In this document: positions 1 through 9,157 of the stretch, piece by piece
Numbering within the stretch: the stretch's first letter is position 1
How the letters are laid out: each line of letters begins with the position of its first letter
Source: a virus
DNA length: 64,000 nt
Direction: 5' to 3' (one strand)
IMG/VR virus record: IMGVR_UViG_3300020411_003715
Coordinates: 32,001-96,000 of that record
Translations under genes and position numbers: made by a program
The notes under the pieces: model-generated
Database searches by the model: none
Told to the model about the DNA's origin: nothing
The model's input: the letters and a program-made list of their open reading frames with translations, nothing else

Positions 1-1
1 A

Positions 2-3000
2 GGCGGTGCGGCTGCGTGGCCAACCCCTCTTTGGGGAGGAAATGCGGGGCTTGCTACAACACTTTCTGGTGGTGCAGACCCGATTGACTTCTCTGCGGAC
101 GCTTCGGCAACGCAGCAAGTTGGGCCGCAAGGCGCGACGGTTGCAGAAGATCAGCAACAGGCTTGGGTTTGTGGAGCGGTCAACATTGGCGGTGGCGACA
201 CGGCGGCTGACCTTGGCATTACTGCCGAGACCCTAAAGGTTTCAATTGACGGCGGTGCCCCTGTTTCGATTACATTTGCGGGTACGGATGTTGTTCACAG
301 CACCATCAACGCCGCTCTGGGAACACAGGGTGGTTGTGCGATTACTGGCTACGACGTGACCAACGCGTTGGGAGAGACGTTTACACCTCTTCGCATACAT
401 TCGGCCTCGTCAAACGGGCACGACTCCACTGTTGAGATCTCCGCAAATAACCCCCTGGTTATCCAAAGATTGTTCAGTGGGTCAACCTCAGAGACAAGCG
501 CTCCGGTTAGCTCCGGTGTTGCCCTCACTCAAGGTCGAGGCATTTCGCTTAACAGCGCGGACTACAACCCTATTGGCTCTCTGAACCACACTTCTTTCCA
601 GAAGTCTGTTGTTCCTGGAACGCTCAAAGCCGTCTTCAGTGATGTCATCGCACTCCCCCATATTGCTTTGGAGGGAGAGCCTGACGCATTGCTTGTGGAG
701 GCGGGTAACACGGTCAATCTTGGCATTAAGATTGATGGGGCTGGGGCCATTGCTGTGCCCATTGTTGTTCCTAACACCGGGTTCATCACACAGGAAGGCG
801 GGACTACTGCACAGGAAAAGCTTGTTGACGCCCTGAACACCGGGCTTGCTGCCGCTCCTGGGGGAGATCTCAGCGGAGTCTTAATGGCCTCTACGCTCGA
901 TGGTTCCGTCCTAATCTCCCACCACAATGCAAACGACAATAGCACTCTTGAGTTTGAAGACGCTGCTGGCGCATCTGACGCCGCCACGGTTACCCTTATG
1001 GGGGCTAGCTGTTTTGGGGTCGTTTCTACCGCTGCAAGAGTGTCAGTCACCGTTTCTGATAGCGGGACAGACTTTGCGCTAGTGTGTGAGTCCGTTTCAA
1101 ACGGCTTCGGCAACGCAGTCAATCCCCATTCGGCTGACATTCAAAACTGGTGCTTCGGCTCCGGAAGTACGAATGTCGGAAACGCTGGTATTGCTTCTAG
1201 CACCATGGACTACTCGTCCGGAGATCTGGTTATCGCATGGTCCGGAGATAGTGAGACGGCCTTAGCCGCTCAAGCGCTGCCGGCCACACTTAGGAACGAT
1301 GGGTCTACCCTTGTCCAGGTCACCTACAACCGGTCATGGGCTAACGCTGTCCAAGCCGCCCCACAGGGGTACTCTGGCAGAGTTCATCATGGAACAAGTA
1401 TCGCTACCGAGCTTTCAGATATGGCTTGGAATAACGGTCAGGTTCTTGCCCGTGTCGTTGAGATTAATCCTGCTAACGGATTTGCAGGCTCATCCCTTAC
1501 CCTGTCCGAGTTCGCTGTCGACAATAAGGCGAAACTTAGCAAGTGGTACGTTGTCGCTGAGGGTCTTCCTAGCAGCGGTAGAACGCTGCAGCCAGAGGCT
1601 ACGGGTAACGACCTAGAGCAAACGTACAGCATCAAGCACGCTCTCAATAGGGACGCTGGCGGGGTTGCTGTTTCGGGAGGCGCGGATGTTTACGTTGATT
1701 ACAAGGCTCTCCGCCTGGACGTTTCGGCAAAGGCTTCTAGCCCAGGACTACTGGTGTTTAGTAGCATTGCAGAGGTTGAGGCCAATATTGGGCCCATCGA
1801 CACTCGCAACCCCCTTGCTTTCGGCCTTTATCTGGCATTCCTGAACACCACCAATATTAATATTGCTGGCATGGGTGTGGATGAGGTTACGGCGGATGCT
1901 CCGGACGGAACTGTGAAGGCTTACGCCAATACGCTTGACTACCTTAAGCTTAAGGAGGTTTACGCGCTGGCCCCGCTTACTCACGATATGGAGGTCTTCA
2001 AGGTCTTCAATCAGCATGTCACTGACATGTCTGCTCCGACGGCCAAGAAAGAGCGTATGGCAATCGTATGCCCCAATCTCCCAACAGAGAAGCCTGCCAC
2101 TTTGGCATTCTCCTCTTCGGACTTTGAGATTGCGGCTGCAGGTGGCGGTAAGTTTACTGTCACAGACGCTACAGGCGGAAACATCATGCTTGCCCTGAAC
2201 GAGTCTACCGTTAAGGACTCCAAGGGTAATCCGCTTGATATCTCTGTGGGTGGGTCCTTCGCGCCAGAGCAGGATGTCTATCTTGACCGAGAGGGTGATC
2301 CCTACCGGTACTTGATTACCGGACTTCCTGATCATCCTACGGGATCGGCTATCACAATTGAGCCCACTAACGACGTTTGGCGTCCAGGGTTGTTTGGTCC
2401 GGGAACCGGCGGGAACGACGATGCGTATTACCACACGTCCAACCCTGTCGACTGGGCCGCTTCAGGTGAGGCCGCGACCATCTTTGTCCGACAGCCGTCT
2501 ACGGACCTGTCTACTACGGGTGGCAAGCTTGCAACCTGCGAAACCCTCGCAGAGTGGGCTGGCGGTGTGACTGGTTTTCAGAATAGAAGACTTGTCATGC
2601 TTCAGCCAGATCAGGTTGGCGTTAGCATCGGTGGTCTTGAGACGCTTGTTCCGGGCTACTACTTGACCGGTGCTATTGCGGCCATGATTGGTCAGCAAAA
2701 CCCGTCGCAACCGTTCACTAACCTCCCAATGGTTGGGTTTACCCGCCCGGTAGGTTCGAGTGACTTATTTAGTGAGAACCAGATGTCAACGGCAGCCGCT
2801 GGTGGTATCTACTGGGTTATTCAGGATATCCCTGGAGGAGCACTGGTCTCCAGGCATCAGTTAACCACTGATCTCACCTCAATTAAGACAAGAGAGTTAT
2901 CGATTCTTAAGTCGGTTGACTATGTTGCCAAGCTTCTTAGAAGTCAGGTTAAGCGTTTTATTGGGAGAAACAACATTACCAAGCAGCTTCTTGAGGCTGT

Positions 3001-3169
3001 GTCTCTTGGTATCAGCGGCGCTCTTGCAAGCGTTACTGGGTCTGTCGTGGCGGGAGCCTCTTTAGATGCCATTACGCAAGATAAGGATGCACCTGATACA
3101 ATTCAGTGCGAAGTTTCGATTACGCCGTTCTACCCGGCTAACTACATTAAAATCACTATTTTCGTGTAA
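2..3169 (+). CDS. Contractile tail sheath protein, 5'-truncated by the window edge (>=1055 aa)
   Basis: The frame is open from nt 2 (GGAAAWPTPLWGG...) into the 356 ORF. The C-terminus SRHQLTTD..TRELSILKSVDYVAK..FIGRNNIT..PFYPANYIKITIFV is typical of sheath C-terminal domains, and a tube-like gene follows. Confidence 0.85.
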   Translation, partial: GGAAAWPTPLWGGNAGLATTLSGGADPIDFSADASATQQVGPQGATVAEDQQQAWVCGAVNIGGGDTAADLGITAETLKVSIDGGAPVSITFAGTDVVHSTINAALGTQGGCAITGYDVTNALGETFTPLRIHSASSNGHDSTVEISANNPLVIQRLFSGSTSETSAPVSSGVALTQGRGISLNSADYNPIGSLNHTSFQKSVVPGTLKAVFSDVIALPHIALEGEPDALLVEAGNTVNLGIKIDGAGAIAVPIVVPNTGFITQEGGTTAQEKLVDALNTGLAAAPGGDLSGVLMASTLDGSVLISHHNANDNSTLEFEDAAGASDAATVTLMGASCFGVVSTAARVSVTVSDSGTDFALVCESVSNGFGNAVNPHSADIQNWCFGSGSTNVGNAGIASSTMDYSSGDLVIAWSGDSETALAAQALPATLRNDGSTLVQVTYNRSWANAVQAAPQGYSGRVHHGTSIATELSDMAWNNGQVLARVVEINPANGFAGSSLTLSEFAVDNKAKLSKWYVVAEGLPSSGRTLQPEATGNDLEQTYSIKHALNRDAGGVAVSGGADVYVDYKALRLDVSAKASSPGLLVFSSIAEVEANIGPIDTRNPLAFGLYLAFLNTTNINIAGMGVDEVTADAPDGTVKAYANTLDYLKLKEVYALAPLTHDMEVFKVFNQHVTDMSAPTAKKERMAIVCPNLPTEKPATLAFSSSDFEIAAAGGGKFTVTDATGGNIMLALNESTVKDSKGNPLDISVGGSFAPEQDVYLDREGDPYRYLITGLPDHPTGSAITIEPTNDVWRPGLFGPGTGGNDDAYYHTSNPVDWAASGEAATIFVRQPSTDLSTTGGKLATCETLAEWAGGVTGFQNRRLVMLQPDQVGVSIGGLETLVPGYYLTGAIAAMIGQQNPSQPFTNLPMVGFTRPVGSSDLFSENQMSTAAAGGIYWVIQDIPGGALVSRHQLTTDLTSIKTRELSILKSVDYVAKLLRSQVKRFIGRNNITKQLLEAVSLGISGALASVTGSVVAGASLDAITQDKDAPDTIQCEVSITPFYPANYIKITIFV

Positions 3170-3199
3170 TAGAGGAAATTACACACAGGAGGAAATAAA

Positions 3200-3970
3200 A
3201 TGGCTAGCAAGTCTTTTGGAAGTAAGAAGCGACCGGCCGGAAAAGAGTTCCGGGATGGTATTGTGGGCGAGGCCCTCGATGATGTCTACAATGACATCGA
3301 AGAGGCTTTCGCTGGATTAGAGGGTGGTAGCTCGTCTCCGAGATGTCACACAATAAAGGGAGCGGCCTCAGCTGCGGCAGACTGTGAGGTTTCCTCTGTT
3401 GAGATTTCTGGGGCGAACTTTCTGCTCGGCGGTACCATTGGTGCTGCATCGTTAGAGATTAAGAACGCTGCAACCCCTGCGAACACGTTAGTTTTCGACG
3501 CGCTCGACGTTGGTAAGGCTGGTAACGACATCACTATCACTATTGACGCGGGTGAGGCTGACGCCGTTACAGTGGACGGGAAAGCTATCACTATCACCCT
3601 TGATAATGATAACGCCACCACAGGTACCGAAATCAAGGCCGTATACGACGCTGTCGCAGATGCTGTTGCTCTTGCGACTTTGACGCTTGGCGGCAATGCA
3701 GGTGACACTTGGCATTCAGCGAATGACGCTGCTGAAGCCACCAAGCTTGATGGCGGTAAGGGTGATACTCTGGAAGTGTTTATTGGTGGTGAAGCGGGTG
3801 AGCAGAAGGTTGCCATGTTGGCCGCCAGCCAGCCGACGGACACCTTGATTAAGCTTGCTACCGAAAACATCTCTGTCGCCACGAACAATGGTGCGGCCAA
3901 TCAGGGGTTGGGCGTGATGTTGAAGTACGGCGACAGCATCTACCAGATTGGAAGCCTCACCCCTGCTTAG
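3200..3970 (+). CDS. Putative virion structural protein
   Basis: AGGAGG SD; Ala/Gly/Thr-rich; lies between sheath and tube genes. Confidence 0.5.
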   Translation: MASKSFGSKKRPAGKEFRDGIVGEALDDVYNDIEEAFAGLEGGSSSPRCHTIKGAASAAADCEVSSVEISGANFLLGGTIGAASLEIKNAATPANTLVFDALDVGKAGNDITITIDAGEADAVTVDGKAITITLDNDNATTGTEIKAVYDAVADAVALATLTLGGNAGDTWHSANDAAEATKLDGGKGDTLEVFIGGEAGEQKVAMLAASQPTDTLIKLATENISVATNNGAANQGLGVMLKYGDSIYQIGSLTPA

Positions 3971-4005
3971 TAAGTTAATCTATGCGAATAGATAAGGAGT
4001 AAATA

Positions 4006-4770
4006 ATGCCCGGTTTAGAAAATTGGTCACCATATAAGACCCACGTTCAGGGTGGTCTGCGAGAGGGCAACTTCCTTAACGGGCAGTTTATTCTCATCTG
4101 TGCAGGGCCCCCGTTTTTTAGTCAGTTAGCAATGGGATCAGGCGATTCCGATATGGCCAACACGATTGTGTACCCTATCGGTCTCACCCAGAACATTGCC
4201 CTTTCTCAGAATAAGGCGATTAGTCGAATCTTTGAGATCGGATCGGATCGAAGTTACTTTATCTCTGGACGTAGCGTTGGCCAGCTTTCTCTTGGCCGAG
4301 TTGTGTACCACGGACCAAGCTTGCTCCGATGCATGTACGCGTACTACGACACCACAAATGGTGGACCAGACGAGTACAGAATCCGACCCCTCATGGAGAC
4401 GGCTGGTATGGGCATCAATCCGTTTGCAACGGATGGTGCTGACGGTGTTAGTTCGGGACTTCATAGCGTTAAGATTCCTCCCGGCTATGACAATATGTTC
4501 CTCAATCTGGCGTCCGACTTGTTTAGCCAGCCTTTAGGCTTGCTTCTCATCTTTAAGGACAATGAGGAGAACAACATCGCCAGCGTCTATCTGGACCAGT
4601 GCTATATTCCTCAGCACTCGTTGGCTGTGGATGCTCAAGGTCTTCTTATTCAAGAGTCTGTAGGTATTCAGTACGAAAAGATGGTCCCGATTAAGCTCGC
4701 ACAGCTTAACCTCGTTTCGGGAATTCTCGCTGATGATACTGGCGGCTTCGGGTCTGCGGATCAGGTGTAA
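4006..4770 (+). CDS. Tail tube protein
   Basis: AAGGAG SD; PIGLTQNIALSQNKAISRIFEIGS..YFISGRSVGQLSLGRV pattern resembles myovirus tube proteins; downstream of sheath. Confidence 0.7.
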   Translation: MPGLENWSPYKTHVQGGLREGNFLNGQFILICAGPPFFSQLAMGSGDSDMANTIVYPIGLTQNIALSQNKAISRIFEIGSDRSYFISGRSVGQLSLGRVVYHGPSLLRCMYAYYDTTNGGPDEYRIRPLMETAGMGINPFATDGADGVSSGLHSVKIPPGYDNMFLNLASDLFSQPLGLLLIFKDNEENNIASVYLDQCYIPQHSLAVDAQGLLIQESVGIQYEKMVPIKLAQLNLVSGILADDTGGFGSADQV

Positions 4771-4775
4771 TAATT

Positions 4776-5078
4776 ATGCCGCCACTGATGGAGTTAGCTG
4801 CTGTTTTGTTCTTGTCTGGCGTAGTAAGCTACGGCCTGACTCAAGTTCTAAAAGCTCTTGCTGGTAAATGGGTAGGACGAGACGTAAACAGCAGTGACCC
4901 TCCTCTTTGGCAGGCATTTTTCAGGGTCATTCCGATCATCATCGGAACCTCTATTGGGTGGTTCTTTTTCACCCCCCAATGGGGTCTTTCCGTAGGGGCA
5001 TCGGGCGGGGTACTGTCAGTTATTCTTTATAAGAAGGCCACTAGCTTGGTCGAAGATATTAGGAGTCCTCAAAAATGA
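4776..5078 (+). CDS. Small membrane protein, holin candidate
   Basis: 100 aa, about three hydrophobic segments, charged C-terminus. Confidence 0.45.
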   Translation: MPPLMELAAVLFLSGVVSYGLTQVLKALAGKWVGRDVNSSDPPLWQAFFRVIPIIIGTSIGWFFFTPQWGLSVGASGGVLSVILYKKATSLVEDIRSPQK

Positions 5079-5881
5079 AGAAGATGAATCCGCTAGAAAA
5101 GCTTGCTGCTAAAAGGAAGCTTGCGAATCTCATTAAAGAGGCAAACCCCGACAATGCCGCAGGAATCACTGTGACCCAAAAGGGCGCTCCGGGCGGAGTC
5201 AAGACTGCTCCTATCAAGACTCCTGGCGGAGAAGGCTCTGTGAAGAGTGTTCCGGTTCAGAAGTACCAAGCCGCAGCTAAGCTTATTCAGGGTCGGCCGA
5301 AAGTCCGCTTTGGTTCACTTCTTGGCGCTAAGGCCGATGACACTCCTCGAAACAGAGCAATCGCTGCCGAGCGGAAGCGCGCCAAGACAGAGAGACGCTC
5401 TAACTACGAAGACCAGATGAAGCGCTTAAGGCTCTTTGGATCAAAATCCCTCCAAGAGGGGTGGAAGCCTCCTACTGCTGGGAAGGATGGTCGCCCGTTA
5501 ACTGGTATGCAGAGAGATTACATCGCCTCCCTCGGCGGAAAGCCTGCTAAGGCGCATCTCACTGCTTCCGGAGAATTCATTAAAAAGAAGAAGCGAGACC
5601 TCCGACACTTAGAGAGTGATCGCTCATACGCACAATGGCAGAAGAAGCAAAAGCCCTCTTCCGCCCCTGCTCCAGCGGTCGCGAAAGCCGCTCCTGCTAA
5701 ACCAAAGGCACCAGCAGCTAAGCACGACTGGGCCAACATGGGCTATAAGCAGCGTGTCGCCCTAAAGAAGACAATGAGCAGAAAAGAGTGGAGAAAAGGA
5801 ATGAATACGTGGTGGAACGCCCGTAAAGCACGCCGAAGACTCGCCCGCGCAGCAACCCCAACAGCTCCCCCGGCTACTTAA
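5075..5881 (+). CDS. Highly basic Lys/Arg/Ala-rich protein (possible DNA-condensing or internal virion protein)
   Basis: Composition; PAPAVAKAAPAKPKAPAAK histone-H1-like stretch; ends the structural operon. Confidence 0.5.
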   Translation: MKKMNPLEKLAAKRKLANLIKEANPDNAAGITVTQKGAPGGVKTAPIKTPGGEGSVKSVPVQKYQAAAKLIQGRPKVRFGSLLGAKADDTPRNRAIAAERKRAKTERRSNYEDQMKRLRLFGSKSLQEGWKPPTAGKDGRPLTGMQRDYIASLGGKPAKAHLTASGEFIKKKKRDLRHLESDRSYAQWQKKQKPSSAPAPAVAKAAPAKPKAPAAKHDWANMGYKQRVALKKTMSRKEWRKGMNTWWNARKARRRLARAATPTAPPAT

Positions 5882-5924
5882 GGTCTAAGCGGGCCCTATA
5901 ACTTATATTCTCTCTTTGACACAC

Positions 5925-5949
5925 AGCCCCCGCTTGGGGGCTTTTTATT
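5925..5949 (+). terminator. Intrinsic terminator between convergent operons
   Basis: AGCCCCC-GCTT-GGGGGCT followed by TTTTATTT. Confidence 0.75.
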
Positions 5950-5985
5950 TGAGAAGTGTACGGGTGCGACACAGCTTGTCGCACA

Positions 5986-6405
5986 CTACTCAGTGGAAGG
6001 GTGCACCGCGTAAACGATTCCGATTGTTGCAACCGTTGCCACCACGAAGCCTAGGGCGAAGTAGAACTCGTTTGTTTCGTACCAAGCGGTTTTTTGTACC
6101 GTTGATATCCCCTGCAACTGCTGGAACAAACTATCACCTCTTTTCTGCTCTATCGTAAGAAGGGATTTATACCGCTTCTCCCGACTCTCCCAGAGGCGCT
6201 CCTGGTACTCCAGATCTAGCTTTAGCTTGGGTAGTTTGATCTTCAAGCACTGAAGGCCCTCAGTGGCGGCTGACGTGGGCAGGAGCACCCCAGAGCATGG
6301 AGAGGTCACAGCCACGGGATCTTTGCACGCAGGGGTCTCTGCGTGAACCACTGCGGGAGTGAGGGCTAAAAAGAGAGAAAGCGGTAGCGCTAAGAGTGTT
6401 TTCAT
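5986..6405 (-). CDS. Secreted coiled-coil protein with C-terminal TM (spanin-like partner candidate)
   Basis: Probable start MKTLL at 6405 (AAGGAG SD, ATGA overlap with upstream stop); signal peptide ending AVVHA; coiled coil; C-terminal TM FYFALGFVVATVATIGIVYAV. Confidence 0.5.
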   Translation of the reverse strand: MKTLLALPLSLFLALTPAVVHAETPACKDPVAVTSPCSGVLLPTSAATEGLQCLKIKLPKLKLDLEYQERLWESREKRYKSLLTIEQKRGDSLFQQLQGISTVQKTAWYETNEFYFALGFVVATVATIGIVYAVHPSTE

Positions 6406-6785
6406 TTCTCCTTCCTCCCGGACAGAAACTCCTTCCATTCGTTAGCAACAGCCACTGGTCCCTCAGAAGCAGCTTCCATAATGATGCGCTCTTCTTCTCG
6501 AAGCTCTTCAATGCGTTCCTCGAACTCTGCGTTTATAGCTTCCTCTTCTTCTGTGGACGTGTTGTGTATTTCGGTAATGGCCTCTGCGCGGTCTTTTTCA
6601 GTATTGGCCACCTCTCGCTGAATTTCCGTCAACCGGGCCTGTGCCGCTGACCTCTGTATCAGCCACCAAGCGAACGCGAACAAAAGAAGGAAGGCGATTA
6701 CCGCCCAGTGTGGAAGTTTTTTAATAGCCTCCCACGCCTTTGAGAAGAATCCTTTAATCCCTCCCCATATGGATACCCAATTCAT
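6402..6785 (-). CDS. N-terminal TM plus coiled-coil protein (i-spanin/Rz-like candidate)
   Basis: TM WAVIAFLLLFAFAWWLI followed by a Glu-rich coiled coil; translationally coupled to the next gene. Confidence 0.5.
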   Translation of the reverse strand: MNWVSIWGGIKGFFSKAWEAIKKLPHWAVIAFLLLFAFAWWLIQRSAAQARLTEIQREVANTEKDRAEAITEIHNTSTEEEEAINAEFEERIEELREEERIIMEAASEGPVAVANEWKEFLSGRKEK

Positions 6786-6841
6786 ACCTACTCCTAAGTT
6801 ATGGCTAAAAAAACGCGCCCGGTTAGGACGCGTTTATAATA

Positions 6842-7264
6842 TTATCCTCTCGCAAGGACAACAAGCTTACCACCTTCCTCTTTAACCTTGGCAGTCAGCC
6901 CCTGACTTTTTAAAGCCTTCTGTGCTTTTAGGGCGCTATACCATTGGTTTACAGATTGTGAGAAGCTTTCAGATGCGCTGGTCTCTCTTACAAGACCACC
7001 TCGGTCATCCATGTCATCGACATGAATCCCATAGGTACCGTCAGGGTTTTTTGAAAACCCAAAACCTGAGTACCCGTTGTGGAAGTCCTTCTCTACCAGG
7101 ATATCGACCTCCGCTTTTGCGGATGAGTAGTATCCCTGAAGAGTGAGAGTCTTCCCTTCTTCCGCAACCTGAATCATAGAGGCCGGAACCCCCAGCTTCT
7201 TCAGAGCGGATAGAACAGTCTTCTTGTCTTTCATGCAAGACTTGCATGTTACTAAGTGCGACAT
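6842..7264 (-). CDS. DUF1257 (Ycf35-like) protein
   Basis: N-terminal MSH..C...KDKKTVLSALKKLG and GF-x-K..DGTY.I..D motifs; C-terminal Y..A..QG pattern; co-located with DUF2997 and Ycf46-type AAA. Confidence 0.8.
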   Translation of the reverse strand: MSHLVTCKSCMKDKKTVLSALKKLGVPASMIQVAEEGKTLTLQGYYSSAKAEVDILVEKDFHNGYSGFGFSKNPDGTYGIHVDDMDDRGGLVRETSASESFSQSVNQWYSALKAQKALKSQGLTAKVKEEGGKLVVLARG

Positions 7265-7267
7265 TTT

Positions 7268-7852
7268 TTACCCCTTGATCTCTTTGTTCAGTTCATAGCG
7301 AAGATCTTTTGAGGGGAAGCCAGCCACAGTGACAAGGTCATCATCAAGATGAACCTCAACCTGTGGAAGATCTTCCAGATCTTCTTCAGTTATTTTGTCC
7401 GACAGAAATATAAGCTCTTGGTTCGAAGACCCCCTTAAGGGTTCTTCACAGTGAAGCTCTTTTACGTATGGCCCCGCCACAACAAGGTCTAAAACGTCCC
7501 GCATCTTGCCCCAGCCATCATGCTCCTCTAGCTCGGCTAAAGACAGGCCGGTAAACATCAACCTGTTGATCCCCGCGTTCATCGCCTTAGTAAGACACAG
7601 AATCTGGTACACAGGAACCCACTGCTCCATAGGCTCCCCACCGCTTATTGTTATGCCGTCAGGGTTATCAGACGTAAGCTCTGTGTACACAGCGTGCCAT
7701 CTTCGGTCCTCGCCACCGGACTTTTTCCATGTGTGCGGATTAAAGCAACCCTTACACTTAATACTACAGCCCTGAAGATGGAGAACATTCCTTCTTCCGG
7801 GCCCGTTGACATAGCTTCCTTTGGTTACGGAGGATACTCTTACTGAACTCAT
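7268..7852 (-). CDS. Radical SAM protein, NrdG/activase-like (4Fe-4S single cluster)
   Basis: GPGRR..LHLQGCSIKCKGCFNP (CxxxCxxC), GITISGGEP, C-terminal LRGSSNQ. Confidence 0.85.
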   Translation of the reverse strand: MSSVRVSSVTKGSYVNGPGRRNVLHLQGCSIKCKGCFNPHTWKKSGGEDRRWHAVYTELTSDNPDGITISGGEPMEQWVPVYQILCLTKAMNAGINRLMFTGLSLAELEEHDGWGKMRDVLDLVVAGPYVKELHCEEPLRGSSNQELIFLSDKITEEDLEDLPQVEVHLDDDLVTVAGFPSKDLRYELNKEIKG

Positions 7853-8124
7853 TCTCCACCCACCATCTCCAAATGGTCCCCGAGGAACTCTTCCACGTCA
7901 GACCACGCCAGCCAAGACTCATGCGCTGGGTACGAGGGCTCATTTTCATTCGGGCCTACGAAAGGCCAGACATCTAAGGATATACCATCCTTGTTTACAA
8001 GCACCCCAATATCGGCAGAGGGCCCCCCACCAGGGCGAGTAACCTTTATCCACAGGCGCTCATCTCCATACGCCTCCGTTCTTACAAACTCTAAGTCGCC
8101 CACCTGGGCCAGCGCCATCTTCAT
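7849..8124 (-). CDS. Hypothetical protein
   Basis: 91-aa ORF overlapping its neighbours within the operon. Confidence 0.6.
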   Translation of the reverse strand: MKMALAQVGDLEFVRTEAYGDERLWIKVTRPGGGPSADIGVLVNKDGISLDVWPFVGPNENEPSYPAHESWLAWSDVEEFLGDHLEMVGGE

Positions 8125-8306
8125 TAGTTTTTCACGCTGTTAGAGTCAGTCTCGTAGTAAGAAGGCTTAAGCTCTTCCTTTAGGACTTCCCCTCCAAGGG
8201 CCTTGATGACTGCGTCGGTGTATTGTTTGCAGCCGGTCCCCTTAACCCCATTAACTTCAGTTTCTACCGACCCATCCTCATGGATCGTTACTTTGACTTC
8301 CACCAT
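8124..8306 (-). CDS. DUF2997 protein
   Basis: VTIHEDGSVETEVNGVKGTGCKQYT..LGG..EELKPSYYE is the characteristic family pattern. Confidence 0.85.
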   Translation of the reverse strand: MVEVKVTIHEDGSVETEVNGVKGTGCKQYTDAVIKALGGEVLKEELKPSYYETDSNSVKN

Positions 8307-9150
8307 TGTAGTACCTCCAGTACTTATTGAATTCGTTTTCGATCTGCTTTGCGGCCTCTAGATACCCAGGCCCTAGCGAAGACCCGTCTGGGCTCTTCAA
8401 ATAAGCGCCCGCTTGGGATAAAGTATTATTCGCTAATAGTGCGCGCATAAGCTCAAAACCTCTATTAAAACCTTCTTGGTTGAACAAGAACCCATAAGCT
8501 CTGTCGCTGGGTGGGCACACAAGAGATCTGTAAATGTTAAACCTTACTTTAAGGTAGGCTAACTTACCGTACTCATTTCGTGTCTGTTCTCTCAAGGTTC
8601 GTATGCGGACCGCACACAGTTTGTTTATGGTTCCTTCAAAAGAGGATCTGGGCTTTGGGACCAAATCATTTACCGCTACCCTTAGTTGATTCACCACTAT
8701 AACTAAGGAGTCTCTTTTTATGGCCTCCTCTCTGAGCAGGCTAAGGCCATGAAAAGCAGCCTTTCTTGATGCGAAGGGGACGAAATCTCCGACCCCTAAC
8801 GCTTTATCGCAAAGAGGCTCTGTTGCAGAAAGCGTATCAATAGCCACTACTCTGAATCCTTCTCTTAGCGCTTGGTACGCGGACTCTATGGCCGACTCCA
8901 TGCTGTCTGGGACTACGGATAGGAGGTTTTTTGGCCCAGCGGTTGTTATGTATCGCCTGTCTGGAAGTCCCTCAGTGTGAATTAGGGCAGTAGGGAGGCC
9001 CCCGAAAGAGGCCTCCCTCATCACACTTAAGCAGAGTGTTGATTTACCACTGGCGTCTTCGCCTATGATTTCACACACCCCGCTAGGTAGACCGCCCAGA
9101 AGGAATTCATCTAGTTGGTAAATACCTGTGCGATGTCGCCCGTTAAACAT
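8278..9150 (-). CDS. RecA/UvsX-like recombinase
   Basis: TGIYQLDEFLLGGLPSG..EIIGEDASGKSTL (Walker A), VVAIDTLSA (Walker B), VVNQLR. Confidence 0.8.
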   Translation of the reverse strand: MFNGRHRTGIYQLDEFLLGGLPSGVCEIIGEDASGKSTLCLSVMREASFGGLPTALIHTEGLPDRRYITTAGPKNLLSVVPDSMESAIESAYQALREGFRVVAIDTLSATEPLCDKALGVGDFVPFASRKAAFHGLSLLREEAIKRDSLVIVVNQLRVAVNDLVPKPRSSFEGTINKLCAVRIRTLREQTRNEYGKLAYLKVRFNIYRSLVCPPSDRAYGFLFNQEGFNRGFELMRALLANNTLSQAGAYLKSPDGSSLGPGYLEAAKQIENEFNKYWRYYNGGSQSNDP

Positions 9151-9157
9151 TAAGGGT

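Noticed and set aside
7268-7852. NrdG activase of an anaerobic class III RNR
   Set aside because: No nrdD in the window, the RNR present is class II, and the gene is embedded in the DUF2997/DUF1257 module. Kept only as NrdG-like.
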